DNA from: Alphaproteobacteria bacterium
Lineage (GTDB): Bacteria; Pseudomonadota; Alphaproteobacteria; SHVV01
Direction of reading: 5' to 3'
Length of the DNA: 64,000 nt
Assembly: GCA_965261735.1 (NCBI GenBank)
Contig: OZ253470.1
Coordinates: 96,001 to 160,000, forward strand
In this document: positions 30,053 to 40,646 of the stretch, one piece after another
Position numbering within the stretch: the first letter of the stretch is position 1
Layout of the letters: each line of letters begins with the position of its first letter
The notes under the pieces: model-generated
The model's database searches: none
What the model was told of the DNA's origin: nothing
What the model saw: the letters and a program-made list of their open reading frames with translations, nothing else
Program-made: the position numbers and the translations under genes

Positions 30053-33000
30053 TTATCGATCCTCGCCCGTCGACGGCTCACCCGGCGGAGCCCCCCTCCC
30101 GTCCAGAATTGAGAAAAAGCCACGCAGGAAGCCGGGCGCGAGCGCCGCCAGGGGGTTCACCGTTACCTGGGGATCACTCGCGGGGCCGTTCACCCTGTAG
30201 GTGAGCGCGAACACGCCCCCGCCCTTCTTGCCGACGAAAATGCCGCCGAGGACCGGAATGTTGCCGAGCAACGCGTTCAGCGTGTACGCCGGGACGAGCG
30301 TGCCGTCGAGGGCGATCTCGTCCCGCCTCATGTCGACGTAGCCCTGAATCGTGAGCCCGAGACGGGGCCCGAAGGCGCGTGCGCCCTCCAGGGTCAGGAC
30401 CCCCTCACCCAGGGTGAACGGGGCTTCGAGGCGCAAGAACTCGATACCCGTGCCGTTTAGCCCATCGAAGACCCCGGGGAGCGGCGCCAACGTCAAGATC
30501 TGCGCAAGGACAGGCGCGTCGACGACCACGAAGTCACCGATTCTCATGCTCCCGCTGATGCGTCGACTGGGCAGCGCATCCTCGATCTCCGCCGATAGGA
30601 CCAGCGCACCCCCACGCGCGTTCTCGTAGATGCCGAGCGCGCGCGCGAGCGCGCCCGCGTCAGCGGTGGTGAGCTTGAGCTCGCGCAACCGCGGACCCTT
30701 CTGGGTCACCGACAGCGCGAGCGGCTTGCCACCGGATCCGAACTGCCCCTCCGCCGTAACCTCGTTCCACGAAAGCCCGTCATAGGCGGCCTCACCAGTC
30801 AACGACGACAGGCGCTGACCCGGGCTGAACACCAATTCATCGAGGCGCACCGACAGGTTCAGGGGTGGGCGTTCGGAGCCGGCATCGGTGCCCATCATTT
30901 CGTCGACGTAGGGCTCCAAATTGAGCCGCCGACCATTGAGCGCCAGGACATACCCGCCGCCTGCGCGCGGTCGCACCGAAACCGACAGATCGGAGCCGGC
31001 GACGGCGAGACTGGATAGGTCGAGGCGGCGAAAAGTCCGGCCGGGCCCTAGCTCCGCCTGCCCCGAAGCCGCGAGGCCTCCGGCATCGACCGTGAACGCC
31101 TCGATGGCCAACGCGCCGTCGGGGCCCGGGATCACGGTCGCGCGAAGCGTCCCGGCGATGCCGCGCGCCTTCGACCATTTGAGCGGCGGCAGGTCGATCG
31201 CGGCCGCCGTGAGGTCGACGCGGGCGCTGACCAGGGTTTCATCGGAGGGCTGGCGGACGGCATGCAATTCAAAGCCGATGGGGCCGTTCACGTAAGGCGC
31301 GAGCACCAAGCCGAGCCGATCTTGGGCGTCCGCATCGAGGGTGCCGGTTACGACGTAAGAGGCGGGCGCTTCCGCTCCTTGGGCGAACTCCTCCCGCCAC
31401 GAGACCGCCAGCGGCACCTCGGCGACCGTGACTGTGCCGCTGGCCTCGAGCCCGCTCTGGTCAATCCGCAGACTCAACTCACCCTCGCTGAACCCGAGCC
31501 CGTCGAGCAGGCTCGGCACCGCTACTTCGGCGAGATTGGCCGCGGCCGCAAACTCGATATCGCCGGCGCTGACGGGCTTGTCGAGATCGAGGCCGAGGCG
31601 CACCCTGGCCGAGGAGAGGCCTGCAATCTCGGCCGGCGCGATGCCGAGAGCGCGGGCAAATCCTAGGGGCTCGCGGTCGAGGATGGCGAGGGCTTCGGCT
31701 ATCTCCCCACTGGCGACGAAGCTGATCGCGGCGCGGTCGGGCGCCACGCCAGGTGTCTCGATCTCAACCGCGCCTTCGGTGATGTCGAGTGCGCCGAGCC
31801 GGGCGTGCTCGAGGTGCAGCTCGAACGCCTGACCGTCGATCTTGCCGCTTCCGGCGGCCTCGCGGAGCTCGGGCAGCGGATCGAAATAGCGGGTGTCGAC
31901 GCCGCTATAGCGAAAGGTCATGGAGAAAACGTCGTCCGACCCGGATTCGGTCATCTCGCCGTCGGGGTCGAGGTCGAACGCCGCGTTGAAGTGGGCCTCA
32001 TCGACGCTGCCGCCGTAGAGCCTTTCCAGGACCCACCGACGGGCGTCCGGAGCGGCGTCAGGTGGCCAAAACCGGCGCATGTCGTCGACCGGGACGCCGT
32101 GGAACGCGCCCGCCACCATGACGCGCACGCCGTCGGCGCCAAGGTTCGCGGTCGCCGTCATCTCGACCTTGCCACGACCCGTATCGAGGTACAGCTCGTC
32201 GAGCTGGACCCCTGAGAATCCCTCGAGCAGGCGGCCACGGGCCGAGGCTTGCGTAAGCGCCAAATCCTCGGCAAGCAGCCCGGCCAGCGCGATCGACCCG
32301 GCGCCACCGCTGATGTCGAACGCGACCTGCGACACGGCGGCGCGCGCATCGACAACGAACCGCACCTCACCCGAGAGCGGCAAGCGCACGTCCGCCAGCG
32401 CCCGCAACCTCGGCGTCGAGGCCGCCAGCCGAGGGGGGTCGACCTCACTGAATCGGACACTCACGGTAGTGCTGCTTGACGAGGCCGCGTGCACGGCTGC
32501 GACCGCCAGATGCACCAATTCCCCGTCGAGATCGAGATCGATGAAGGCCTCGCCATTGAAGCCGCCATCATGACCCCAGAGCGTGAGATCGGCCCGACGC
32601 GCGCGCCATTCGCTCCCGCTCGGCCGATCGACGAGCGTAAAGCCGGCGCCGCTGATGCCGATGCGGCTCAGCAGCCCCGTCTGCCGCGACGGATCGGGGT
32701 CGGCGAGAAACTGCGCCAGAAAGCCGGCGCCGAAATCGGCTACGTCGCGCCGCATACCGGCGCCGAGGTCGAGCTCGATGGCGCCATCGGCGTCACGTGT
32801 CAACATCCCCTGGGCACCAATCAGGTCGATGCTGGTCGGCTGAATATGGCCGCGTAGCAGTTGAGAGCCGCTGAGGCCGAGCGAGATTCGGGGGATAGCC
32901 GCAATCAGCGTGCCGTCGGGCCGGCGCACGCGCAGGCCGACCGCGGAGATATCGAGTGTGCGCTCCCAGCCTGCCCAGCTCAAGATCGTGTCGTCGAGCT

Positions 33001-33175
33001 CGACGAGGAACCCGTAATCACCGTTGTAGCTTAGGGCTTCCTGCAAGTAGGGCGTGAGAAACGCAAGCGTCAGCGGCCCCGCCGACAGGCGCCACGCGGC
33101 GGCCGCGACGACGATGGCGCCGGCAGCCGTGAGCGCCGCGACCGCACGAAAGACAAACCTGATCGCCGCCCACAT
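30053..33175 (-). CDS. YhdP/AsmA-like lipid bridge protein (DUF3971 plus AsmA-like C-terminus)
   Basis: About 1040 aa, N-terminal TM helix, beta-rich body, C-terminal GTLVPAYTLN...VNPLAALAPGFLR; start uncertain. Confidence 0.85.
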   Translation of the reverse strand: MWAAIRFVFRAVAALTAAGAIVVAAAAWRLSAGPLTLAFLTPYLQEALSYNGDYGFLVELDDTILSWAGWERTLDISAVGLRVRRPDGTLIAAIPRISLGLSGSQLLRGHIQPTSIDLIGAQGMLTRDADGAIELDLGAGMRRDVADFGAGFLAQFLADPDPSRQTGLLSRIGISGAGFTLVDRPSGSEWRARRADLTLWGHDGGFNGEAFIDLDLDGELVHLAVAAVHAASSSSTTVSVRFSEVDPPRLAASTPRLRALADVRLPLSGEVRFVVDARAAVSQVAFDISGGAGSIALAGLLAEDLALTQASARGRLLEGFSGVQLDELYLDTGRGKVEMTATANLGADGVRVMVAGAFHGVPVDDMRRFWPPDAAPDARRWVLERLYGGSVDEAHFNAAFDLDPDGEMTESGSDDVFSMTFRYSGVDTRYFDPLPELREAAGSGKIDGQAFELHLEHARLGALDITEGAVEIETPGVAPDRAAISFVASGEIAEALAILDREPLGFARALGIAPAEIAGLSSARVRLGLDLDKPVSAGDIEFAAAANLAEVAVPSLLDGLGFSEGELSLRIDQSGLEASGTVTVAEVPLAVSWREEFAQGAEAPASYVVTGTLDADAQDRLGLVLAPYVNGPIGFELHAVRQPSDETLVSARVDLTAAAIDLPPLKWSKARGIAGTLRATVIPGPDGALAIEAFTVDAGGLAASGQAELGPGRTFRRLDLSSLAVAGSDLSVSVRPRAGGGYVLALNGRRLNLEPYVDEMMGTDAGSERPPLNLSVRLDELVFSPGQRLSSLTGEAAYDGLSWNEVTAEGQFGSGGKPLALSVTQKGPRLRELKLTTADAGALARALGIYENARGGALVLSAEIEDALPSRRISGSMRIGDFVVVDAPVLAQILTLAPLPGVFDGLNGTGIEFLRLEAPFTLGEGVLTLEGARAFGPRLGLTIQGYVDMRRDEIALDGTLVPAYTLNALLGNIPVLGGIFVGKKGGGVFALTYRVNGPASDPQVTVNPLAALAPGFLRGFFSILDGRGAPPGEPSTGEDR

Positions 33176-33259
33176 CAACTCGACTACAGCCCGCCGCCGC
33201 CCCGACCTTGACCACCCGTTTCGCTTCGCGCAGTGTGCCCGAAACGCCAACGCGAAGAA

Positions 33260-36223
33260 ATGCAACAATTCCCCTTGCTAGAAGGAATCGCGGGCCTGCC
33301 GCCGCCGGCACTCCCGGAGATGGTCACGCGGGGCCTCGAGCGCTGGGCCGAGCGCGCGCGCGCGCTCGATGGCGAGATCGCCGATTTTGCGAGCGACTTC
33401 GCGACCCATCCCGCGGGATGCGAGTTGTTGGCGGCCGTTTTCGGCAACAGCCCCTTTTTGTCGCGCTGCCTTCTCGACGACCTGCCCTTTGCACGGACGC
33501 TCGCGAGCCAAAGGGCCGAGGCGAGCAAGGACGCGCTTCTCGCCGATCTTGCGGCGCGCCGCGGCACCTGGCGCGACCGCACCGAACTCATGCGGGCGTT
33601 GAGGATCGCGCGCCGGCGGTTTGCGCTACTCACCGCCCTCGCCGATATCATCGGTGCGTGGACGCTCAGCGAAACGACCGGCGCCCTGAGCGCGTTCGCC
33701 GGCGCGGCGCTAGGCACGGTCATCGCGTATCTGCTGTCCGAGGCCGCTGCCGCCGGTGATCTAGCGCTCGCGAATACCGAAGAACCGGCTGAATCGAGTG
33801 GCTTCTTCATCCTCGGGATGGGCAAGCTCGGGGCCCGCGAGCTCAACTACTCGAGCGATATCGACCTCATCGCGCTCTACGATCAGGACGTCGTCGCGTA
33901 TACCGGCGCCGCGACCACCCAACATTTCTTCGTGCGCCTCACGCAGGCGATCGTGCATATCCTCCAATCGCGCACCGGCGAAGGCTACGTGTTCCGGACC
34001 GACTTGCGCCTCAGGCCGGACGCCGGGGCGACGCCGCTGGCGCTGTCGACGGCCGCGGCCGAGAACTACTACGAAAGCGTGGGCCAGAACTGGGAGCGCG
34101 CGGCGATGATCAAGGCGCGCCCGGTGGCTGGCGACCTCGCCGCCGGCGACGCCTTTCTCGCTAGTATTCGACCGTTCGTGTGGCGCAAGAACCTCGATTT
34201 CGCCGCCATTGCCGATATTCACTCGATCAAGCGCCAGATACACGCCCATCGTGGGCACGGCGAGGTCACGGTCGCCGGGCACGACATCAAGCTCGGCCGA
34301 GGCGGCATTCGCGAGATCGAATTCTTCGCGCAAACGCAGCAACTCATAACCGGCGGGCGCGACGCGCGCCTGCGCCTGCGCCAAACCTGCGGCGCGATCC
34401 GTGCTCTGGCCGAGTCGAACCGGCTGTCGCAGGCCGCCGCGAACGAGCTCACCGCCGCCTACGAGTACCTCCGCCGTCTCGAACACCGGCTGCAGATGGT
34501 CAACGACGAGCAGACCCATACGCTGCCTGCCGACGAGGAGGGACTGGCCCACATCGCCGCCTTCATGGGCTACGCGAAGGCGAGCACGTTGGTCACCGAC
34601 CTGCGCGCCCATTTGACCAAGGTCGTAGGCCACTACGGCGCCCTGTTCGAGCGCGCAGCCCCGCTCGGCCCTCTCGGCAACCTCGTCTTCACGGGTATCG
34701 AGGACGATCCGGAGACCCTGGACACCTTGGAAAACCTGGGCTACCTCGAAGCCCACGTGGTGTCCTCGCGCGTGCGCAGTTGGCATCACGGCCGCTACCG
34801 AGCCACACGCAGTGTGCGCGCCCGCGAGACGTTGACGGCGCTGACACCGCGCATCCTCGAGGCGCTCGCCGGCACCGCCAATCCCGACGCCGCGTTCGTC
34901 AAGTTCGACGAATTCCTCGGCCGGCTCCCCGCGGGCGTTCAGCTCTTCGCCTTGTTTTTCGAGAACCCTGGTTTGCTCGATCTGGTGGCAGAGATCATGG
35001 GGAGCGCGCCGCGCCTTGCCGACAATCTGAGCCACAACACATCGCTGTTCGATGCGGTGCTCTCGCAGGGGTTCTTCGACCCACCGCCCACCAAGCGGAC
35101 GCTGAAGCGCGACCTCGATGCGGCCCTCGCCCTGGCGCGGGACTACCAGGACGAGCTCGACATCGCGCGCCGTTTCGCCAGCCAGCACAAGTTCCAGGTC
35201 GGCGTCCAAGTGCTGCGCAACACGGCGAGCGCTGCCGCGGCCTCACCCGCGCTAAGCGGCCTGGCGGACGTCCTCATCGACGCGATGCTGGTTGCGGTGG
35301 CCCGCGACTTCGCGGGCCAGCACGGGCACATCGAAGGCGCCAGCATGGCCGTCGTCGGGCTCGGTAAGTTGGGCGCTCGCGAGCTTACCGCCGCATCCGA
35401 CCTCGACCTCGTGTTTCTGTACGAGGCGGCCACCGGCGCGGAGCGCTCCGACGGACCTAAACCGCTCGCGCTCAACCAATATTTCAGTCGCTTGAGCCAG
35501 CGCTTCATCGCCTCACTCACCGCGCCCACCGGCGAAGGGCGGCTCTACGAGGTCGACATGAGGCTGCGCCCCGCGGGCGCCGCCGGACCGATCGCGAGCC
35601 ATGTGGCGGCATTCGCGAAGTACGAGCGCACAACGGCGTGGACCTGGGAGCATATGGCGCTGACCAGAGCCCGCGTCGTGGCCGCTCCGGCGCCCTTGCG
35701 GGCCCGGATCGGGCGCATCATCCGTGCCGTGCTGACGAGGAGAGCGGACACCGATAGGCTTCTCGCCGACGTCGCCGAGATGCGTCGTCGCGTCGCCCAA
35801 GAGCACGGGACCGACAATCCGTGGACCATAAAACATGTGCGCGGTGGCCTGGTCGACGTCGAGTTTCTTTGCCAATACCTACAATTGCGCCACGCGGCGG
35901 ACCATCCCTCCGTGCTCTGCGCCACGACCGCTGAAGCGTATCGGCGCCTCGGCGCGGCCGGCATCATTCCGAGTGCCGTGGCCGGGGAGCTAGCCGCCGC
36001 CTCGACCTTCCTTCATAACATCCAAGGGTTCCTCAGGCTGACCGTGGAGCACACCTTCGACGTGGAGTCCGCCTCCGAGGGGCTGCGCGCGGCGCTCGCC
36101 CGCGCCGGCGGCGCTCATGACGTCCACGCCGTGCGTTCGAGGCTCCTGGAGGTGCAGCAGGCCGTTTACGGCCGGTTCCGGGACTATATCGAGATCCCCG
36201 CGTCAATCGGCGGCGCGACGTAG
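33260..36223 (+). CDS. glnE: Bifunctional glutamine synthetase adenylyltransferase/adenylyl-removing enzyme
   Basis: Two GKLGARELxxxSDxDL nucleotidyltransferase motifs, DLRLRP/DMRLRP, GGIREIEF. Confidence 0.96.
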   Translation: MQQFPLLEGIAGLPPPALPEMVTRGLERWAERARALDGEIADFASDFATHPAGCELLAAVFGNSPFLSRCLLDDLPFARTLASQRAEASKDALLADLAARRGTWRDRTELMRALRIARRRFALLTALADIIGAWTLSETTGALSAFAGAALGTVIAYLLSEAAAAGDLALANTEEPAESSGFFILGMGKLGARELNYSSDIDLIALYDQDVVAYTGAATTQHFFVRLTQAIVHILQSRTGEGYVFRTDLRLRPDAGATPLALSTAAAENYYESVGQNWERAAMIKARPVAGDLAAGDAFLASIRPFVWRKNLDFAAIADIHSIKRQIHAHRGHGEVTVAGHDIKLGRGGIREIEFFAQTQQLITGGRDARLRLRQTCGAIRALAESNRLSQAAANELTAAYEYLRRLEHRLQMVNDEQTHTLPADEEGLAHIAAFMGYAKASTLVTDLRAHLTKVVGHYGALFERAAPLGPLGNLVFTGIEDDPETLDTLENLGYLEAHVVSSRVRSWHHGRYRATRSVRARETLTALTPRILEALAGTANPDAAFVKFDEFLGRLPAGVQLFALFFENPGLLDLVAEIMGSAPRLADNLSHNTSLFDAVLSQGFFDPPPTKRTLKRDLDAALALARDYQDELDIARRFASQHKFQVGVQVLRNTASAAAASPALSGLADVLIDAMLVAVARDFAGQHGHIEGASMAVVGLGKLGARELTAASDLDLVFLYEAATGAERSDGPKPLALNQYFSRLSQRFIASLTAPTGEGRLYEVDMRLRPAGAAGPIASHVAAFAKYERTTAWTWEHMALTRARVVAAPAPLRARIGRIIRAVLTRRADTDRLLADVAEMRRRVAQEHGTDNPWTIKHVRGGLVDVEFLCQYLQLRHAADHPSVLCATTAEAYRRLGAAGIIPSAVAGELAAASTFLHNIQGFLRLTVEHTFDVESASEGLRAALARAGGAHDVHAVRSRLLEVQQAVYGRFRDYIEIPASIGGAT

Positions 36224-36360
36224 CCGCCAACCCGGCCCCGTGGCCCCCGGGGCGCGCGATCGTGGGCCGCCCCGCCACGGGTTGCAAAGGCGAACCCAAA
36301 CCGGTATTGCAGATGGCCCGCGCGAAGAGATCGGCACGCGGTGAAAAGGGGGCGGCCAAC

Positions 36361-37680
36361 GTGCGCGAATTACTCGAGGGTCTTTTTCCCGAACGACAAC
36401 TGATCTACCGCAGCCGCGGCAAGGTGCGGTACGCGTCGTTCTCGCGACCGGTCCAGATCGCCCTGTCGGTCGGCATGATCGGATTTCTCCTGTGGGTCGC
36501 TTTCGCGTCGGCTCAGCTCGTCTTCAAGGACCGGGTCATCGCGCTCAAGAACCTGCGCATTTCAGAGATGGAGGCGGGTTACAAGTCGTTAGCGGCGGAC
36601 CTGGACGACGCCCATACGCGGTTCACCGCCCTTACCGGCGAGCTCGAGGACAAGCACGCCCAGCTCGTCGCGGTGCTACGCCAGAGGGAGCTCCTGGAAG
36701 AGGAGCTCGGCGCCGTCAACAGCGACCTCGAGACCGTAACGGCGGAGCGCGATCTGGCTGCGGACTTGCGCGACCGCCTGTCATCGCGCATTGCCGCGAT
36801 CGAAACGGCGCTGGAGGGCGCGGTCGACGACAAATCGAGCCTGAAGATCGCGCTGCGCAACACGAAGGAGTGGCTCGACACGCTCACCGGGCAGCGCATC
36901 AGAGCGTTGCGCGCACAGGAGCGGCTATCGATTCGCGTCGGCGGCCTGGAGGAGCGCCTGGCCCGCATCAAGGTCGCGCAGCACAAGCTGATCGACCGGG
37001 TGCAGCAGCGAACCCAGGGCGCACTCGCCGCGCTCGAGACGACGATCGCCCTCACGGGACTCGACCTGGCGGCTCTCTTCGACGACGGCTCGGGCGCGGC
37101 GCGCGGACAGGGCGGTCCCTTCTACGGCCTCGACGCGATCACCGACCGTGCCGGTGTGTTCCCGGGCATGGACGGCAGATTCGAGTCGAGCGTCCTCAAA
37201 CTCGAAAACCATCTCGTACGGTGGGAGGACTTGCGGAGCGTGCTCGAGCACCTACCGCTCGTCGCGCCGGTCGATAGCTACAGCGTCGCCAGCGGTTTTG
37301 GACGCCGCCGCGATCCCTTCACGGGGCGTCGCGGCATGCACTACGGCGTCGACTTTGCGGGTGTTTTCAAGACGACCGTGCGCAGTCCCGCCCCTGGATC
37401 GGTGGTCTTCGCCGGCCGCAAGGGCCCCTACGGCAAGACGGTCGAGATCGACCACGGCCTCGGCGTCAGAACGCGCTACGGCCACCTCCACCGCATCCTC
37501 GTCAAGAAGGGCCAAGAGGTTGAGTTTCGCCAGAAGATCGGCCTGATGGGCAGTACCGGCCGCAGCACTGGCTCGCATGTTCATTACGAGATACGCTTCA
37601 GGGGCAAGCCGCAGGATCCGAAGAAGTTCTTGAAAGCGGGGAGGCATGTTTTCAAAAACCAAACCCAAATCGGGCAGTAG
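36361..37680 (+). CDS. Membrane-anchored coiled-coil M23 endopeptidase (LmdC-like)
   Basis: FPERQLIYRS N-terminus, TM helix, coiled coil, HYGVDF, TRYGHL, HVHYEI; overlaps the bactofilin gene. Confidence 0.9.
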   Translation: MRELLEGLFPERQLIYRSRGKVRYASFSRPVQIALSVGMIGFLLWVAFASAQLVFKDRVIALKNLRISEMEAGYKSLAADLDDAHTRFTALTGELEDKHAQLVAVLRQRELLEEELGAVNSDLETVTAERDLAADLRDRLSSRIAAIETALEGAVDDKSSLKIALRNTKEWLDTLTGQRIRALRAQERLSIRVGGLEERLARIKVAQHKLIDRVQQRTQGALAALETTIALTGLDLAALFDDGSGAARGQGGPFYGLDAITDRAGVFPGMDGRFESSVLKLENHLVRWEDLRSVLEHLPLVAPVDSYSVASGFGRRRDPFTGRRGMHYGVDFAGVFKTTVRSPAPGSVVFAGRKGPYGKTVEIDHGLGVRTRYGHLHRILVKKGQEVEFRQKIGLMGSTGRSTGSHVHYEIRFRGKPQDPKKFLKAGRHVFKNQTQIGQ

Positions 37681-38107
37681 AGGTAACGGTCGTGAAGCGC
37701 GCGCCGCGCCCTCGCTCATCAGCGCCAATCTTCATATTATCGGCAACCTGAACTCCGACGGCGAGGTCCAGGTCGACGGTATTATCGAAGGCAACGTGGC
37801 CGGCCGCTCGCTCACCATCGGCGAAAAGGCCGAGGTCAAGGGCGAGATTCGCGCCGATGACGTCATGGTGCACGGCATCGTCAGCGGCAGGATCCGCGCC
37901 CACCGGGTGCGACTGGCCAAAACGGCCAAGGTCGTCGGCGATATCTGCCACGAAGTGCTCGCGATCGAATCCGGGGCCTATATCGAAGGGCACTGCAAGC
38001 GGCTCGAAGGCAAGCGCGACGAGTCCGAGAAGAAGATCAATCTGGTGACCGATCGCGATCTCGGCGCAGGCCGAGCCGCCGCAAGGGAAGGCTCAAGCTC
38101 CCCCTAA
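37646..38107 (+). CDS. Bactofilin (polymer-forming cytoskeletal protein)
   Basis: MFSK N-terminus, PSLISANLHIIGNL..QVDG..GEIRA..VVGDI..LAIESGAYIEG beta-helix. Confidence 0.93.
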   Translation: MFSKTKPKSGSRGNGREARAAPSLISANLHIIGNLNSDGEVQVDGIIEGNVAGRSLTIGEKAEVKGEIRADDVMVHGIVSGRIRAHRVRLAKTAKVVGDICHEVLAIESGAYIEGHCKRLEGKRDESEKKINLVTDRDLGAGRAAAREGSSSP

Positions 38108-38258
38108 GGCCTGCTCACCAGCCCACCCTCGTCGCGCCGCACGGGTAGCCGCGCGGCCTGGGCGGCGAGATCGGCTCGCCCCGCCGTCACGCGCGGCTCG
38201 CGGGCGGGATCAAGACCTGCCCTACGATCAAAGAACCAAGGACGTCGGGGGATGATGC

Positions 38259-39153
38259 ATGCCTGACCTTTACAAGGTCTCGGGTGTCGCGCGCACGGCG
38301 AATCAGGACGAGATCAAGCGCGCCTACCGCTGCTTGGCGAAGGAATTCCATCCCGACCTGCACCCCGACAGGCCAAGGTCGAGGCCAAGTTCAAGGACAT
38401 CTCGGCCGCCTACCATCTGCTGTCGGACCCGAACAGGCGCGCCAAGTACGATCGCGGCGAGATCGACGCTTCCGGTGCCGAACGGCCCGAGCGCACCTTC
38501 TATCGCCACTTCGCCGACCACGACGGAGGGGGCGCCTTCTTCGACCAGCTGAGCACTATCTTTGGCGACTCTTTCATGGGCGCCAAGATGAGCCGTGGCC
38601 CCCCGTTTCGTATGCGCGGCGCCGAGGTTGCCTTGGCGATGCAAGTCGGTTTCATCGAGGCGGCGACCGGCGCCCGCAAGCGGATCCCCTGGCCGGCGCG
38701 CCGATCGAGGTCGACATTCCCGCCGGCATCCGAGACGGTCAGACCATTCGCATCGCGGGCAAGGGGAATGCGGGACTGGGCGGCGGGCCACCCGGCGATG
38801 CTCTGATCCGTGTTCAGGTCGAAGCGCACCCGTGGTTCGGGCGCAAGGGAAACACCATTCTTCTCGAGCTCCCGGTGACGCTGGCCGAGGCGGTGCTGGG
38901 CGCAAGAGTCACGGTCCCCACGATCGAGGGCCCGGTGATGCTAACGATCCCGCGCAACGCCAACACTGGAACGACACTCCGGCTCAAGGGGAAGGGTATC
39001 CGCTCGGCGCGCGCCAAGAAGAGAGGCGACCAACTGGTCAAGCTCAAGCTGGTGTTGCCGGACGGCAAGGACGCCGCGCTCGAGCGATTCGTCGAGGGCT
39101 GGGCACCGGACCACCCCTACAACCCGCGCCACCGCATGGAGACGGCGCCATGA
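38259..39153 (+). pseudogene. cbpA: CbpA/DnaJ-class chaperone with two frameshifts
   Basis: J-domain [11 protein letters not shown] in frame 1; shift near 38370 to [15 protein letters not shown]...; shift near 38690 to the DnaJ C-terminal IPAGIRDGQTIR...GDQLV. Confidence 0.85.
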
Positions 39154-39487
39154 CGTCGCTCGAGGAGCTTGTCGTGGCGATCGACGAGCTTAGCGCCGCC
39201 GACCTCGAGGCCTGGGTGAGTAGCGGCTGGGTCGTGCCGGCGAAGCGCCGCCGGAGGCTCCACTTCAGCGCCGCCGACTGCGCCCGCGTGCGCCTAATCT
39301 GCGACATGCGCCATCACCTGATGATCGACGACGAAGCCACATGCCAATCGTGCTGTCGTTGCTCGACCAGGTATACGGTTTGCGCTATCGGCTCGGCGCC
39401 GTGGGCGCCGCCATCGAGGCACAGCCGGAGCCGGTGCGCAGGGCGATCGCCCAGTCCCTGGCCGATGCCCGCGTGAAGCCCGGCTGA
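39150..39487 (+). pseudogene. cbpM: Chaperone modulator CbpM-like gene, frameshifted near 39340
   Basis: ATGA-coupled to cbpA; WVSSGWVVP..DCARVRLICDM..IDDEA, then MPIVLSLLDQVYGLR in another frame. Confidence 0.8.
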
Positions 39488-39499
39488 CCAGGGTCCGGG

Positions 39500-40628
39500 T
39501 TACTCGGCCTTGCCCTTGGCCTCGCTCCCCGACGACAGCCTGGCCGCCAGGGCAGCCGCGAGAAAGGCATCGAGGTCGCCATCCAGCACCGCTCGGGTGT
39601 TGCTCGTCTCGGTCCCCGTCCTGAGGTCCTTGACGAGCTGGTAGGGCTGCAAGACGTAGGAGCGGATCTGGTGACCCCAGCCGATGTCGCTCTTGCTGTC
39701 GTGTACCGCCTGCCGCTCCTGCTCGCGCTTTTGTAGCTCCGCCTCGTAGAGGCGCGCCTTGAGCATGCCCTGGGCTGCGGCACGGTTCTTGTGCTGCGAG
39801 CGGTCGGATTGGCATTGGACCACGATGCCCGTCGGTAGATGCGTGATTCGAACCGCGCTGTCGGTCCGATTGACGTGCTGGCCGCCGGCGCCGGAGGCGC
39901 GGTAGGTGTCGATCCGCAGGTCCTTGTCCTGGATGTCGATGCTTATCGTCTCGTCGATGACCGGATAGACCCCGACGCTGGCGAAGCTCGTGTGGCGGCG
40001 GGCGCTGGAATCGAACGGCGAGATACGGACGAGGCGGTGAACGCCGGTCTCGGTCTTGAGCCAGCCATAGGCATCGGCGCCGCGAACGCGAATCGTGGCC
40101 GACTTGATGCCCGCCTCTTCGCCCGGGCTTTCCTCTATCCACTCCACCTTGAAGCCGCGCGCCTCTGCCCACCGGGTGTACATGCGCGCGAGCATCTCGG
40201 CCCAGTCCTGGGATTCGGTACCGCCGGCGCCGGCGTGGACTTCGAGGTAGGAGTCGTTGCCGTCGGCCTCGCCCGACAGCAGACTTTCGATGCGCCGCCG
40301 CACCGCCCGATCGCGAATCGCCGCGAGCGCGGCCTCGGCCTCGGCAAGGACCGCTTCGTCGCCCTCGGCATCCGCCAGCTCGATCAGCTCGAGGGTGTCG
40401 GTAAACTCGCGTTCGAGCGCGACATAGTCGGCAAGGGACTCCTCCAACCTGGTGCGCTCGCGCATGAGCCGCTGAGCGGCCTCGGGATCGTCCCAAAGCT
40501 TGGGATCCTCGACACTCGCATTCAGCGCTTCGAGCCGCGCCTGCGCGTTGTCCCAGTCAAAGATACCTCCTCAGCAGCTCGAGCGACTGCTGGATTTCGC
40601 TGACGCGAGTTTCGGTTTCCGCCCGCAT
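39500..40628 (-). CDS. prfB: Peptide chain release factor 2 with programmed +1 frameshift
   Basis: MRAET...RRYL CTT-TGA-C at 40562-40556 with internal SD AGGAGG; SPF and GGQ motifs downstream. Confidence 0.97.
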
Positions 40629-40646
40629 GGCTTGCCGCAGGCCGCT

